Assembly: GCA_964188305.1 (NCBI GenBank)
Contig: OZ076886.1
DNA length: 64,000 nucleotides
Origin: Podarcis bocagei
Taxonomy: Eukaryota
Strand: one strand, 5' to 3'
A program made the translations under genes and the position numbers. The notes below the pieces were generated by a model. The model saw only the letters and a program-made list of their open reading frames with translations. It was not told the origin of the DNA and did not search any database. Below are positions 10,905-23,795 of the stretch, in pieces; the stretch's first letter is position 1; each line of letters begins with the position of its first letter.

Positions 10905-13900
10905 GTTTATTCAAAGTACTTAATTCACAGGGTTTTGTACTGCCATGGATTAAAGCATTCATATACTGAATCATGGGAAGCCAAGAGTAAAAATATGGTG
11001 AAAGATTAAAATTGGAGTTTTTGATTTATACGAAGTTTTATGAAGTGGGTTGTGAAGCAAAAATAACATGGGCAGCTTCTTTCTCTCATCAGATTTGGAT
11101 GAGAGAATTGAGGAATGGATTTTTTGATGAGAAATAAATATTGAGTTCAGCATTGATAAACTTAAGGCTGTATGAAACCTGTATATGATACTGAGGCCTA
11201 AGTATTCCTTGCCATGAATTACTGACCTTTGTTTTTAAGAGAAGCTGCCAGGCCATTAGGCCTGAAAGGCTTTCTGGCAAGAGTTTAGGGTTCCCCATCA
11301 CTTCTTCTATTCAGTTTTTGTCCAAATGGAATTGGGTCCAATTTAAATATCCATTAAATGTTTCACATTTGGCTGGGCAATAGAAGATGACCAGACATTT
11401 CTGTATTGTACATGGGCTCTAAGGTCCTGAAGACGTCTGCTTTAACTCTTAAAAGTAAGTTTCTATATGCCTTGAAAATTGGATGGCATTAGGTCTTCAG
11501 TGTGCGAACAATAAGATATACAGTTTTAGATCTTGTGAATTGGGTCTCTCTGAATCCATATAATAAGTGATAGGCTTGCTCATAATTGTGAACATATGAA
11601 GCTCAGCAGGCTGGAGTTCTTGATTGTGCTAGGTGGCTGAAAAGCTTAGCTTGTGTAAAACTTCAATTCTCTCCCTCCCCCTGACCTTTTAGCTTGTCAG
11701 GAATTATTTCTTGGGTATACAGCCTCAAGGAAGGTGAGCCTGTGAAGACTAAAATCAATAAGAAAAGTAATTTGATTTTAAGTAGGCATATAAAAGTTTG
11801 CCATGTATAGATTGTTGTTCTATCTAATCGAAGGAAATGTAACTACTCAGAAATGGCTATGGTAGCATTCGAGAAGTTGCTTTATATACAATAGCCACTA
11901 AGAACTACCATTTCCATGAATTTTTTATGCACTGTTTTGTAATTGAGTTTAAGTAGCTGTGTAAATTAGATGAAGCCGTTGTCCATTTCCAGCATGCCCT
12001 CTTAAAGCCAAATGTGACAGTTTTTCTATATAGAGAAAACTTCTGTTCAGGAAAACAGAAAGGAAAGTGCCTGTACACATTCAAGATGATGATGATGATT
12101 AACCTAGCACCATATGAACACTTCACAAAAAATAGATAACAGGTCCCTAGTTGGACTTACAATCTAAAATAAACATAGGGAAGCAATGGAGAAAGGGAAA
12201 TGGAGGCATGGGTAGATGAGATCTGCTACAGAAGATGTGCTACACATGCATTTATTAGCACGCAAATATTTCAGTACATGCACTGAAACCCACTTAGCAG
12301 CTTGTGTACAAAAAGATATACACTTGGTTGTTTGCGTGGTCTTACATAGGAGTACTGTGACTAGGAACTATTCATTTGAAATAGCCTTTGAGGCTGAACA
12401 AGTTGCCCAGTCCTCCTTTGTTCAGAGCTACTTACAGGAGAAGCAGCACCTCACACCACAGTATATTGCCTCTTCATGTACTTCTAGCCTTGGCTTATTC
12501 CAAACTGAAATGTTCTGCAACTCAAATGTTGTGAACTGCCCTGAAATCCACGGGTATAGCAGAATACAAATTTAATAAATAACAATAATAATTATTACTG
12601 CTTGCTAAAACAACTATATTCTGGTTCAGGCTGCAGGCTCACTGCTGACTTATGGGGCTGTGACTTATGCCTCATTAACAGATTCTCATACTTCTTAGGG
12701 CAACCCTCTTATGGTAATAACAGCAGAATTAGGAGGGAATTGAATATATTATTCACTTAAATTGTACAGATCCCTATGAGATGGTGAGCTTAAGTGCAGG
12801 GCTGTATGTACTGTCATGTAAATGAACATACTGTTCTAAGCTAGCCAAAAAACTATACCAAGAAAATTCTGAATTCAAAACCTATGTCAGTTATGTATGT
12901 TTACTGATGCTACATCATTTTGCTTCTGCTAGTCAAAGGAAGAAGCAACCAGATATGACACTGAGGCAGCCCCCATGGGCAACTGGAAATCCTGCTAAGC
13001 CCCTTCTGGTTTAAAAATGACATAAAACCTTGGAAGGCAGTCTTAAACCATAAGGGATAATTCAGCATCTAACCATTTATTTTATTTATATTTTAAATGC
13101 TGAAATTCTTAGGAGGATGAATTGTATACATAGTGGATCCCATGTTCAAATACTTGTGAAAGGGGCTGGCTATATTTACTGGTGATAAAGGAGAAGAGAA
13201 GATTCAGGAGAAGATACTGTACTCCCTCTGCCTTTTCTCTTTAAAAATGCTTTTGCTGCAGTAGCGCTGACCAGCAGAGATAAAATTGCATGGAGTGGTG
13301 GTTGAGATACTGTTTTCTTTCTTGCCCTTTGTACTGAGTTGTAATGGGGGGCGGGTGGACTTTCAGCTCTGGCCTTGTAGAGAGGTGAAGCTGGGGACTT
13401 TTTTTGCAGCAGAGATCTCTCAATGCCCCACCTACCTTCCTTAGTGAGAAAGTATTGTGTAGCCCACTGCCTTGATTCACTTCCTTCCTAGATTTGTACA
13501 GTCAATAATATGGCACAACTCTTAGCTTCTTTTAGGCAATGCATCTTTTCTTATGGGGGGTAGGGGACCTAGACAAGAATTGCTATGGACCATGCATATG
13601 TGTTCTTTCTGCCCCTATCTTCCCCACAGCAGGATGCCAATGTAAAATATTTTAGAGTAGAACTTGTCTCAAAGCCACTGTCCCTTCTGTCTTAAATGAT
13701 ATGCCTAATGGACAGCACTCTGGCAATTATTTCCATATAATAATGTTATGTTGGAGCCATGTTTCTTAGAAGTGCTTATCTCCTCCCTTTCAGCCAGTTT
13801 CTGTTGATTATAATGAAGCTGTAGTGAATATAGCCTTTATTTAATAAGTTGGCTGAGGATGGGTAACCTCAGGTCCAGGTTGCCCTCAGATCTGTGCCAA

Positions 13901-13958
13901 TGCAGTGCCTCCTCCCCAGGTCACACCCCTCACTGGCCTTGCATTTCATCTTCCTATA

Positions 13959-14278
13959 CAGTGGTGCCCCGCAAGACGAATGCCTCGCAAGACGGAAAAC
14001 CCGCTAGACAAAAGGGTTTTCCGTTTTGGAGGTGCTTCGCAAAACAAATTTCCTATGGGCTTGCTTCGCAAGACGAAAATGTCTTGCGAGTTCCTGTGGG
14101 GTTTTTTTCCTTTTCCCCCCTTTTCCCCAAGCCGCTAAGCCGCTTATCAGCTGAACCGCTAAGCCCGCTAAGCCGCTAATAGCGCTAAGCCGCTAATGGG
14201 CTTGCTTCGCAAGACGAAAAAACCGCAAGACGAAGAGACTCGCGGAACGGATTCTTTTCGTCTTGCGAGGCACCACTG
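13959..14278. mobile_element. Tc1/mariner (Tigger-like) MITE family B, copy 1
   Basis: TIRs cagtggtgccccgcaagacgaa / ttcgtcttgcgaggcaccactg flanked by TA; CpG-rich. Confidence 0.85.
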
Positions 14279-15876
14279 TAGTGGTTTTGTGTCCTTGAAC
14301 TGCAACAATACCGCTTGCTTGCTTGCTTGCTTGCTTGGATGGATGGAGAGGGTTGTTTGTCTGACCATAGCTGCCATTCACCACACAGGTAGGTTCCATT
14401 CAGGCGAATACAGGTGCCCCCCCCCCCTTACGTGGAGTTTACGTTCTGGGCCTCCACGCACATAAGCATGGAAATACAGATTACTAACCATTTAGCAGGC
14501 TAGTAACCCGTGTTGGCTGGTACAGTACCAAGATGTAGTAGGCACTATATTATATGCAGCTGGCTGCTTCCCCTACCCTCATTTGAATAGCCTGTTGTAG
14601 TGGCAGTAAGTAGACACAATAAACCAGGCTGGCAACCTGGTTTAACCATGTTGCTGAGGGCTGGCTTTTTTTAGTTGTCTTGTACTGCTGACGGGTATGT
14701 ATAGATTGAACAGCTTAGCAAACTTCAGGCCTGCTCATATATGAGCAGTAATTGTAGTAAGAAGTGTGAGTCGATGCTGGAATTGTATGTGGCAAATGCA
14801 GATTTAAATCTTTCTTCAGTTAGGAAGTTAATGGGTAGTCTGGCATGTCACTGTTTCTTGGCCTCTAGACCCTTTGCTCTGCAGATTTTAGAACTATGCT
14901 TGTCCAATTCAGTTTTGTTAGTGTGGGAAAGAGACCTAAGTATTCTCATGCAGTCTGGAAGTCTTTGCTCAGGGCTGTTAAAAAGGCGTAATTATGCGAC
15001 CTTGCTTGGTGGGGAGGAGGTGGCTTCCCCTTCTGATGGTATGTGGTGTGTATAGAAGTAGGTGGTATGTATAGAACAAGCAGTATTTTCAATCCTTAAA
15101 TCTTATCATGCACAATAGTGCCTGAAGGCAAGCTAGAAGGCCTGGGCAATTAACCCTAATACCTCCTATTAGCATGGTAAAATCTGCAGTGCCAGTTAGC
15201 CTCCTTTGTTCAAAATGCTAATTAACTATCCCTTTATTCATTGGAAGAAAGAACTAAAGCGATAGATATCCTTATGCACTGTTTCAGACTGAAGTGGTTA
15301 ACTTATGGCTAACTTTTGAATCAGTTTTAGCACATAAGTTGAAATTTAGGAATGGCTGTGTCAATAAATTCTTCCTTCTTGGCCATTAGGTATATTTTAA
15401 TTTAGTCAATTATGTAATAGGCTTATGTTACAAAACGAATATGGATTTTGAATATGATGTTTGTAATTTTGTAAAAAAAAAATCGGTTTTGGAATAAAGT
15501 TTTTTAAAAAATCTTCCTTCTTGGCATTTGGTTACTTGACTGTAATGCGTACCTGTAACTGTGGTATGGAATACACTCTGAACTATCATATTTCAGTGCA
15601 TTGTATATCCAGCCAACTGAAGGTTAGTTACAGGGGGACAATCTGTGACTTAACCAAGTTCTTAACCTGAATATTTGAACTTTCCTGAAATGGTGATGTG
15701 GACAGTGCTCAGAAAAGTCTTGGAGCAAATTTGGCCAATTATTTCCTGGCCACCTTTAAAAGGAATTCTGATATGACTGAAATGTTAATAACAGAACATC
15801 AGAAGGTGAACATACTAATCAGCTTCTGTTCTTGGTTTTCCTGCTGATCCCCCCCGCCCAATTCTGTGTCATGCAG

Positions 15877-15972
15877 GTGGAGGAGGAAACCGAAAAGGCA
15901 AGAGTAAAAAATGGCGCCAAATGCTACAGTTCCCACACATCAGCCAATGTGAAGATCTTCGGCATACTTTGG
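15877..15972 (+). CDS. GRK6: GRK6 coding exon 2 ([31 protein letters not shown])
   Basis: Acceptor atgcag|, donor G|gtaagg; 96 nt; basic N-terminal lipid/calmodulin-binding patch of the GRK4 subfamily. Confidence 0.96.
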
Positions 15973-16659
15973 GTAAGGAGCATGCTTGCATTGGAGAGAT
16001 GCTGTCTTCCCTGCTTTCTTGTATGTGGAGTGGAAGTGGCTGGGTTACAAAGAAGCCTTGAGTGCTTGGCATAAGATCTTGTACATTCACCCTATGGTAA
16101 GCTATGCTTGTTCATATGATTGCCTGATGATGCAGGATTTTGTGGCGGTAGCATTGTCGTTACCAAACACTCCTGTGCAATTATTTTGCCTTAGTATTGC
16201 ATCACCATGACCCTCTGGCAGCATTGTGAGAGGTTCTAGTTCAGTAATAGAGCATATACTTTATATGCATTAAGTCCCAGATGCAGTCTTGAGTATCTGA
16301 ACTGGGAACTGCCTCTGCTTGAGATGTTGTAGAGCAGCTGCTACTCAAGAGTAGGCAGTATTGGGCTAGATGGACTGGTGATCAGACTTGGTACAAGGCA
16401 TCTTCCTAAGTTTAGAGATGCCTTTCTCCTCTTGCAAAGTTTACCTGATCTCATTTTAATCAGCTACTTTACTGCTCTCCTTAATTCCACTTGCTTTCCC
16501 CTGGGAACCAGTGATTTTCTTCCAGCTGTGTCAAAATCCAAGCAGTCTCCTCTCCCACTTCTGCTGGCTTAATAATTCCTGGAAAACTCCAGCCATGTCT
16601 TCCCTGATCCCTTTGAAGTTCTTATGAAGTATTGGGGGGAACTGCATATCAGTTTAGAG

Positions 16660-16980
16660 CAGGGGTCAGCAACCTTTTTCAGCCATGGACCAGTCCACCA
16701 TCCCTCAGACCATGTGATGGGGTGGACTATATTTTGGGGGTGGAAATGAACAAATTCCTATGCCCCACAAGTAACCCAGAGATGCATTTTAAATAAAAGC
16801 ACACATTCTACTCATGTAAAAACACCAGGCAGGCCCCACAAATAATCCAGAGATGCATTTTAAATAAAAGGGCACATTCTACTCATGTAAAAACACGCTG
16901 ATTCCCGGACTGTCTGTGGGCCGGATTGAGAAGGCGATTGGACCGCATCTGGCTCCCGGGCCTTAGGTTGCCTACCCCTG
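16660..16980. mobile_element. hAT MITE family D, copy 2
   Basis: TIRs caggggtcagcaacc / ggttgcctacccctg. TSD gtttagag/ctttagag. Internal ~70-bp direct duplication. Confidence 0.8.
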
Positions 16981-17776
16981 CTTTAGAGCCTGTTTTCCTG
17001 CTCCAAGTTGGCCTGCTTGCTTCTTTTCTTCCACCTATTAACTATACAGCTCCTCATCTCTAATTATAGTGAACAAAAAATGCTCATTGAGAAGGCTGTG
17101 AGCAGTTATGTGGTATGGGAAAACTTGAACTGTTGCCTGGCAAGTTGAAATCATGCAGTCTTCTAGCTTAAGCTTGGTTTCTGAATTGCAGTTAAAGCAA
17201 TTTCTTCTTAAATGCTAGCTGGGGCCTCTTTCACTCTCAGGATGCCAGCCCACAGACCTATCCAAGGGGAAAGTTGTTGACTTTCTCTGTAGAGCATCCC
17301 TTCAAATCAAGCCTGGGGCGCTTGCAACTCTCCAGATGTTTCTGCTCTTTGACTGTTAACCATGCTGACCAGGGCTAATGGAAGTTGGAGAGGCACATGT
17401 TCTCCAGACAGGCTTCAAATTATTGGTGACAAAGGAATTCTTGGGAGTGACAAAATTGTGAAAATAGCCCAAGGTGCAGAAAAGAATGCTGCACAGAGTT
17501 TCTTGTTACTGACAGGACTTGCTCAGCCTGGCTACATTAGAAGCTCTTTGCTATCGGGTGTATGGTAGCTGTACAGATTTCCTTGCAGTTGACAACAGTG
17601 GTTCTTGTTCCCAAGATCATGTGCCTTGATACAGCAGTACCATTAATTATTTAAAAAGAGGCCTTTTATAGATGACTTGAATGCTACTCTAAATCAAGAT
17701 TTATCTGTTAGATTTGGATTTCTTTTGGTGGTGATTATTTCTGGAAGCCCAGCCAGATGGGCGGGGTATAAATAAA

Positions 17777-17808
17777 TTATTATTATTATTATTATTATTA
17801 TTTTATTA
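17777..17808. repeat. (TTA)n microsatellite, probably a retroelement tail
   Basis: tattattatt... follows agccagatgggcggggtataaataaa. Confidence 0.7.
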
Positions 17809-20800
17809 TGGACTAATGGTGTAAATTATTTTCTAGCACGATAGATTCTTTAAAGAAGAACTGGCAATTTGAATAGGTCTTACGTGGTACTGATTTTTTG
17901 TGGGATTTTTTGGTAGAAGGATGTTCCTTAATTCTAATAAACATTCAATAGTAACATTGTTACTTTTCAAATTTATAACATCAGGTTATGGGTTTACCAT
18001 AAAAGGTTACTGAGTTGAGTGAGAGAAACTCACTCCATTAAACACTCGATGATTTGCTTACACCCTGGTCATGCTGATTTCTGGGCTACTATTCATAAGA
18101 CTCTGAATACTGATTTCTGGATCTTATTCAGACTTTTGGCCCATCAAACTCAGCATTGTCTAGACTACACAGACTCAGCAGCACTTTGGGGTTTCACTTT
18201 CCCAACTCTGCCTGGAGATATCGGGGATTGAACCTGGAACCCCCTGCATGAAAAACATGTGCTTTACCGCTTCACTATGGTCCTTTCCCTGAAAGAGCTT
18301 AATGTCTCCCTTCAGCTCAATGTCCTTTTCAGTTTCTCTCCCTGTATACTTCCCCTCCCCCTTGTTAATCCAAGCTGGACCATGTCAGGGTTTCCTTGTG
18401 TTGTCCACAATAATGCCCAGTAGTGAAGTGGTTTCACTTTAATATTCCATTTCCTTACAATGGTCATTATCTTGTGTTCGATTGAAGATAAAAATCACTG
18501 CTGGTTTTCTGCCAGTTTTCTAGTGCTGACTCTGGAAACTTGCATTCTTCATTTATAGCCTAGCCATTTGTCCACTTTGAACTCAGTTGGCCTGGCTTTG
18601 TTTGGATAACATTTTTCTCTGTCACTATCTTTGCTCTGGGAAAAGTCCCTGTTATTTCCCTGTCCTCCTTCTATCTCCTTATAGTGTCTAGTTTGCAGCT
18701 TGCCAGAACGTTCTTCTGTCATAGTTTGAACAAAATAACTTTGGACATGGTGCATTGACTAGGGAGCTGCTGGTTGTCTGGTGCATTTTGTGTGTCTGTG
18801 AAAACTGGCTGATCTTAGTAACTGTATGAAGAAGTCCTATTCCAGGGGAGTCTGTGGCCCTCTAGATGCTATTAAACTGTGGTTTCCATCAACCCTGGCC
18901 ATTCGTGTTGCTGACTTGGGCTTCTGGGAGTTAAGGTCTAACATTAATTGGATGGTAGGTTCTCCATCCCTGCCTATGGACTTTCTTTCTCTTTGAAAGA
19001 ATGTGGGAAACTTGAGATTCCCTACTCTTTTATACTTCTTGTGTGTTAATTTCCTTTCCTCCCTCCCATTACGGAGACCTTGGACCAGGTTGATTTAACA
19101 CAGAGCTGCCTAGAGCAAAGCTCTTCCCTTTACGTGGCCTGGGTAGAAAATAATTTTTCTGCAAAAAGTGTCCATTATCCAGCAGAGCTATGAAGAATCC
19201 TCTAATCCTGCCAGGCTCTGACCCCTTCACCTTCCTTCATTCAATACACTCATTTCCTGCAAGAGAAGGAAATGGTGCAGTTTGCATATGGCCCCTTCCC
19301 CCCCTCTCCACACTTTCTGCATTGGCTTTGTTTTCTTCGACTGTATTCTTACATCAGGAAACCACAGCTTCCTTAGAGCAACTGCTGCACAGAAGAGAAC
19401 ACTTACAACATGCTCCGTAAGAGAGTTGGGGTGGGGTGATTTACAGAAGAACGGCTTCCTGGGAAGTGATGATTAAACTAATTCCACCACAGTGGGTGGG
19501 GCCGTGGGCCTTGCCGGGGGGGGCAGTGAGGGGCAGTTGCCCCCCATCAATAAAAATCAGTAAAAATACATAGCTAACTGAGGTTCTGCCCCCCTAACAA
19601 AAGGCCTGCCCCCCCCCCGAAATCCTGGCTACACCTATGGGTGGAGCTACAAAGTACTGCCAGGTTCGTTCAAAATATTGCCAGCTGTGGAAGATAAACA
19701 AACCCATAAACTGCAAGAAGCATCATCACAGTTCAGGGACATCAATCAACCAGGCAAAAGCACTCCAGGACGGTGTGGAGCAGGGATGGGGAAGGGGCAT
19801 GACATGGGGAGAATCTTGAGGGCAGGGTAGAGGCTTGGTAGGCTGTATTGGCACCTGGGCTTGAGGTTCCTCACCTCCAACATAGGGATGGAAGCATAGC
19901 TGGCTTGTTTCTTTCTTGCAAAGTTACAAGGTCCTGGATTTCTGCACACGCCTCTTGATTAGAAGGAGAATTGGGGGCCCTGGAAAGGGATCATTAGTTA
20001 CACTAGTCAGCCTGTACCCCACAGCCATAACCTACCTCTCCGTAACCATTGTGGTTTTTCTGTGTGCTTCAAGAAATTAATAATTAAAGGATTCTGCGAA
20101 CCCAAAGCACTTGCCTACAGATGGAGACTGCCTACTGCTTCTTCGCATGATATTGCTGTTCTGGCCTCGCTGCCTTCTATTAGCCTCTGCTCATTAATTC
20201 TGCCATATCTCTGCATCTTGTGTGAACTAATCGTTCAGTTATACCCAATACAGCTGAATTAAGTTACCCTGAGGAGGCTGACCTGTTGCTTCGCTGTTGA
20301 CGTCACTTTTCTAGCTTTGTCCCCTTCAGATTAGAAGACATGCCCAGATCAGGGGAAGAGGGCGGAATCCTTTTAACATGATTTAATAATGTCGTTCCTC
20401 CTGTGGTGAGAAAGAGAGAGTAAAATTGTTGATCATTGTCTTTCTGTATGAATAATTGAAACCAATAAAATGTAAATTTCAAAAATAATGTCACTCCTCT
20501 TCTCCCTACTCCCTCCAATTAAGTCAGCGATGTGAAGGAGAGGGAACAACACCTCTGGTGTACAGACTTCAGGTTGAGAGCCTAAAATCAAGCCATGAAA
20601 AATTAACCTAAATTTTGGGACTTGATATGTCTGACTTGTAGTTGTGCCAAGTAACTCCTCTGGTGGACAAGTTGACCTGTCTTTATTATTATAGCCAAAA
20701 TGGGGGGGTGGGGGACACACCCTCATCCACTCGAACAAACCTATGACACCCCAAAAGGCAAAAACATGAAAAGAAGCAAGCCTTAAGCTGGTGCCTGATA

Positions 20801-21557
20801 AGATCTCCCCCCCTCTTCTGAACAAGTGTTAAATAGACTGTACTTTGATATAAAATACCAGCAGCACCTTCCTAGGGAGCAATGAGTTGTGGTATGAGTT
20901 GTGGTGATTCTGTCACATAGAAAAAGAAAAAAAAGGTTCATTGATATCCTGCTAGAGAAGATATGCGGCAGTGGATGTTTCCATCCTGCTGCAAAGAGAT
21001 TTAATATCCCCTTGTATAGATGTGGGGAACCTGTGGCTCTCCAGATGTTGCTGGGCCACAACTTCCATAATTCCTGGTACCGGCCATGCTGGCTGTGGCT
21101 GATGGGGGTTTGGAGTCCAACATCATCAAGAGGGCGACAAGTTCCCCATTCCTGCCATACGAGTTACCAGATATATTGCTTGGAAATTCACTTTCTGCTC
21201 CATGATTCAGCTGTGGCCATGCAGGTTCCTAAACTTTCTGATAAGCAGTTGAGTGACTTTGCAAAAGTAGTTCCATGCAGTGGCCAGAAGGAAATGTCAG
21301 TTACTCAAGAGAGCACTTTAATTCTTGAAGATAAAGATTTAACATGAAGATCTTATGGCTGGGAATTAAAATGAGTCAGACACACAGGTTATCTGCTCCA
21401 TTGAATAGTCTTCTGGACTTGGAATGGACCCTTCTCCTAATCTTTGATTGCTAAAGTGGTTGCTTCAGATCAGATCAAGTAAATTCTTTTGAAAATGGGT
21501 TTAGTGTCCTCCTCTCTTAAATGTTCCCTGATTGTGGTATGGGCTAGTAGCCGTTGA

Positions 21558-21707
<150 letters not shown>

Positions 21708-22029
21708 TGAGAATCCCTTCCTGGGGGTTAAACATGGGAGCTGATTAACTGTAAGTTTTGAAGGAAGGGATCCTGGCATATGGCATATTGCAAATCCAAG
21801 TGTATGGAGGTGGCTTTATTCTTACCTCATTACTTTCACAGTACAGTGGTACCTTGGGTTAAGTACTTAATTCGTTCCGGAGGTCCGTTCTTAACCTGAA
21901 ACTGTTCTTAACCTGAAGACCACTTTAGCTAATGGGGCCTCCTGCTGCCGCTGCACCGCCAGAGCACGATTTCTGTTCTTATCCTGAAGCAAAGTTCTTA
22001 ACCCGAGGTACTATTTCTGGGTTAGCAGA

Positions 22030-22471
22030 ATAAAAAAAAATCCTTCCTGTAGCACCTTAAAGACCGACTAAGTTAGTTCTTGGTATAAGCTTGGTATAAG
22101 ATAAAAACAATGGAGAGACCTGGTCTGAACAGAGACATTGGATTCTTATCTCATTATACATGACTAAGCCATTTCTCACCTTCTCACCCCTTGCCTTTTC
22201 CTGTAAGACCTATTACAGTCGTTAAGAGTCGTCAACAGGCTCATCTCAGCTATCTGCCAATCTCCCATTCCCACCACCCTTCTGAGTAATACCCCTCCCC
22301 ACCTTCTCACTATATAGAAGGATCTGGCAACTTCTGTTTCAGTGTATCTGAAGAAGTGTGCATGCACACGAAAGCTTATACCAAGAACTAACTTAGTCGG
22401 TCTTTAAGGTGCTACAGGAAGGATTTTTTTTATTTTGACTATGGCAGACCAACACGGCTACCTATCTGTAA
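22030..22471 (+). mobile_element. Penelope-like retroelement (PLE) 3' fragment with inverted terminal segment
   Basis: 22101-22163 translates IKTMERPGLNRDIGFLSHYT*, typical of the PLE GIY-YIG endonuclease C-terminus. ~63-bp inverted repeat at 22029-22092 / 22372-22434. 13-bp TSD ctgggttagcaga at 22017-22029 and 22472-22484. Confidence 0.8.
22344..22381 (+). ncRNA. minimal type I hammerhead ribozyme motif (PLE-associated)
   Basis: gtat-CTGAAGA-a-[gtgtgcatgcacac stem II]-GAAA-gc-TT-atac. Stem I is gtat/atac, the CUGANGA and GAAA cores are present, and stem III is the palindrome AGCT. Confidence 0.7.
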
Positions 22472-22681
22472 CTGGGTTAGCAGAGTCTGTAACCTGAAGC
22501 GTATGTAACTCGAGGTACCACTGTACTCATATTCTGCTCATAGTGGAGTCTGGAACAGGTAGTGGTGGTTCTTGGATTATACAAGAATATGTAGTTTGTT
22601 TACATCATTTCTGCATTTTTATTCTTGGGAGAGGTATATAGAATAATTGAATATTGCTTTCTTATCCTCATTCTTACATAG

Positions 22682-22759
22682 GCAGAGTATGAAGTAACCC
22701 CTGATGAAAAACTAAAAGAGTGTGGTCAGCTCCTGATTGAGACGTATTTGACCCCTAAG
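22682..22759 (+). CDS. GRK6: GRK6 coding exon 4 (AEYEVTPDEKLKECGQLLIETYLTPK)
   Basis: acatag| ... AAG|gtgaga; 78 nt. Confidence 0.95.
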
Positions 22760-23035
22760 GTGAGATTTGCATTAGCTAAACAAAGGGAAAGTTGCCTTAA
22801 TGAGAGCTGCACTTGCCCTAGACCAAGCTGGGTCAAGGATATGCCTAAATATTACCAACAGGGAGTAAACATTGGTACCTAGGCCTGGCATTAGCTCCCA
22901 GCAGGCGTGGGGGGCTGAGGACCTCCTAGGAGGTTTAATTTTAAGTGCCTGGCACTCCAAGAGCAAATATGAAGAAGAAGAAGCATCCACCATGCCCCAC
23001 AGGCTCTCTCCATAATAGAGGAATACTATGTCTGG

Positions 23036-23088
23036 TCCATGGGGTCACGAAGAGTCGGACACGGCTAAATGACTAAACAACAACAACA
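23036..23088 (+). mobile_element. extremely truncated BovB 3' end
   Basis: tccatggggtcacgaagagtcggacacggctaaatgactaaacaacaac. 8-bp TSD atgtctgg at 23028-23035 and 23089-23096. Confidence 0.8.
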
Positions 23089-23795
23089 ATGTCTGGAGCC
23101 AGAAGCATTTGGGAGGAAAGATAGTAGTGGCGGCATCTGTCCAGCACTTGTCCTTGCACTGCCAGGTACTTGGAAGAAACAAATTATTTTTGCCAGCACT
23201 GCTGCCTCCCCAAAGTGCTAACCTGACCCCCCAGCAAGCTTGGCATTATTACAATCTTTTTAAATTTTAAGGGCCTGGTGATGAAGGAGAAGAACAAGGC
23301 CGGGCAGCTGCCATAGCCACACCATGCCACTTTCCCCTGGTGCTGTCCACCCCTGCCACTCTGTAAGCTCACTTGGGGTCACCCCAGGATGGTGCTTTGG
23401 AGGGGCCCAGAGGCACCTTGCCCAGGACCTCCTTCAAACCTGGTGCTGAATTTGACTCTACCAGTCCATTAGTAGTACCTTCTCCATGGTGATGCCCCAA
23501 ATTTGGAACAGCTTCTTTCATGAGGGGCACTTGGTGCTAACTTCATTGACATTCCAGGGTCAGACTCTGGTTTCTCCAGACATTTATGAATACTTAGTTG
23601 CTGCAATAATGAATATGTAATTATTGTGGTTGGATCTGATTATCTGTTCTCACTATTCATTGTTTTCTTGTATTGTTGGTTGGCTTAATAATGTTGTTAC
23701 CTGCTCTGGGATTTATGGGAAGGGCAGGATATAAATTCATAGGTATTAAAAACAACACAACTCTGATTTTCCTGTCTGATCCTATCTATTCTCAG

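Larger units (their letters stand above)
21844..22523. mobile_element. MITE family A copy 2, interrupted by a Penelope-like insertion
   Basis: Same TIRs and TA flanks as 9607-9816. The MITE sequence resumes at 22485 after a 13-bp TSD. Confidence 0.85.

Noticed and set aside
14128-14198. Short regularly spaced repeats that could suggest a CRISPR-like array
   Set aside because: Eukaryotic DNA; ~8-bp tandem units inside a MITE with no spacers and no cas genes.
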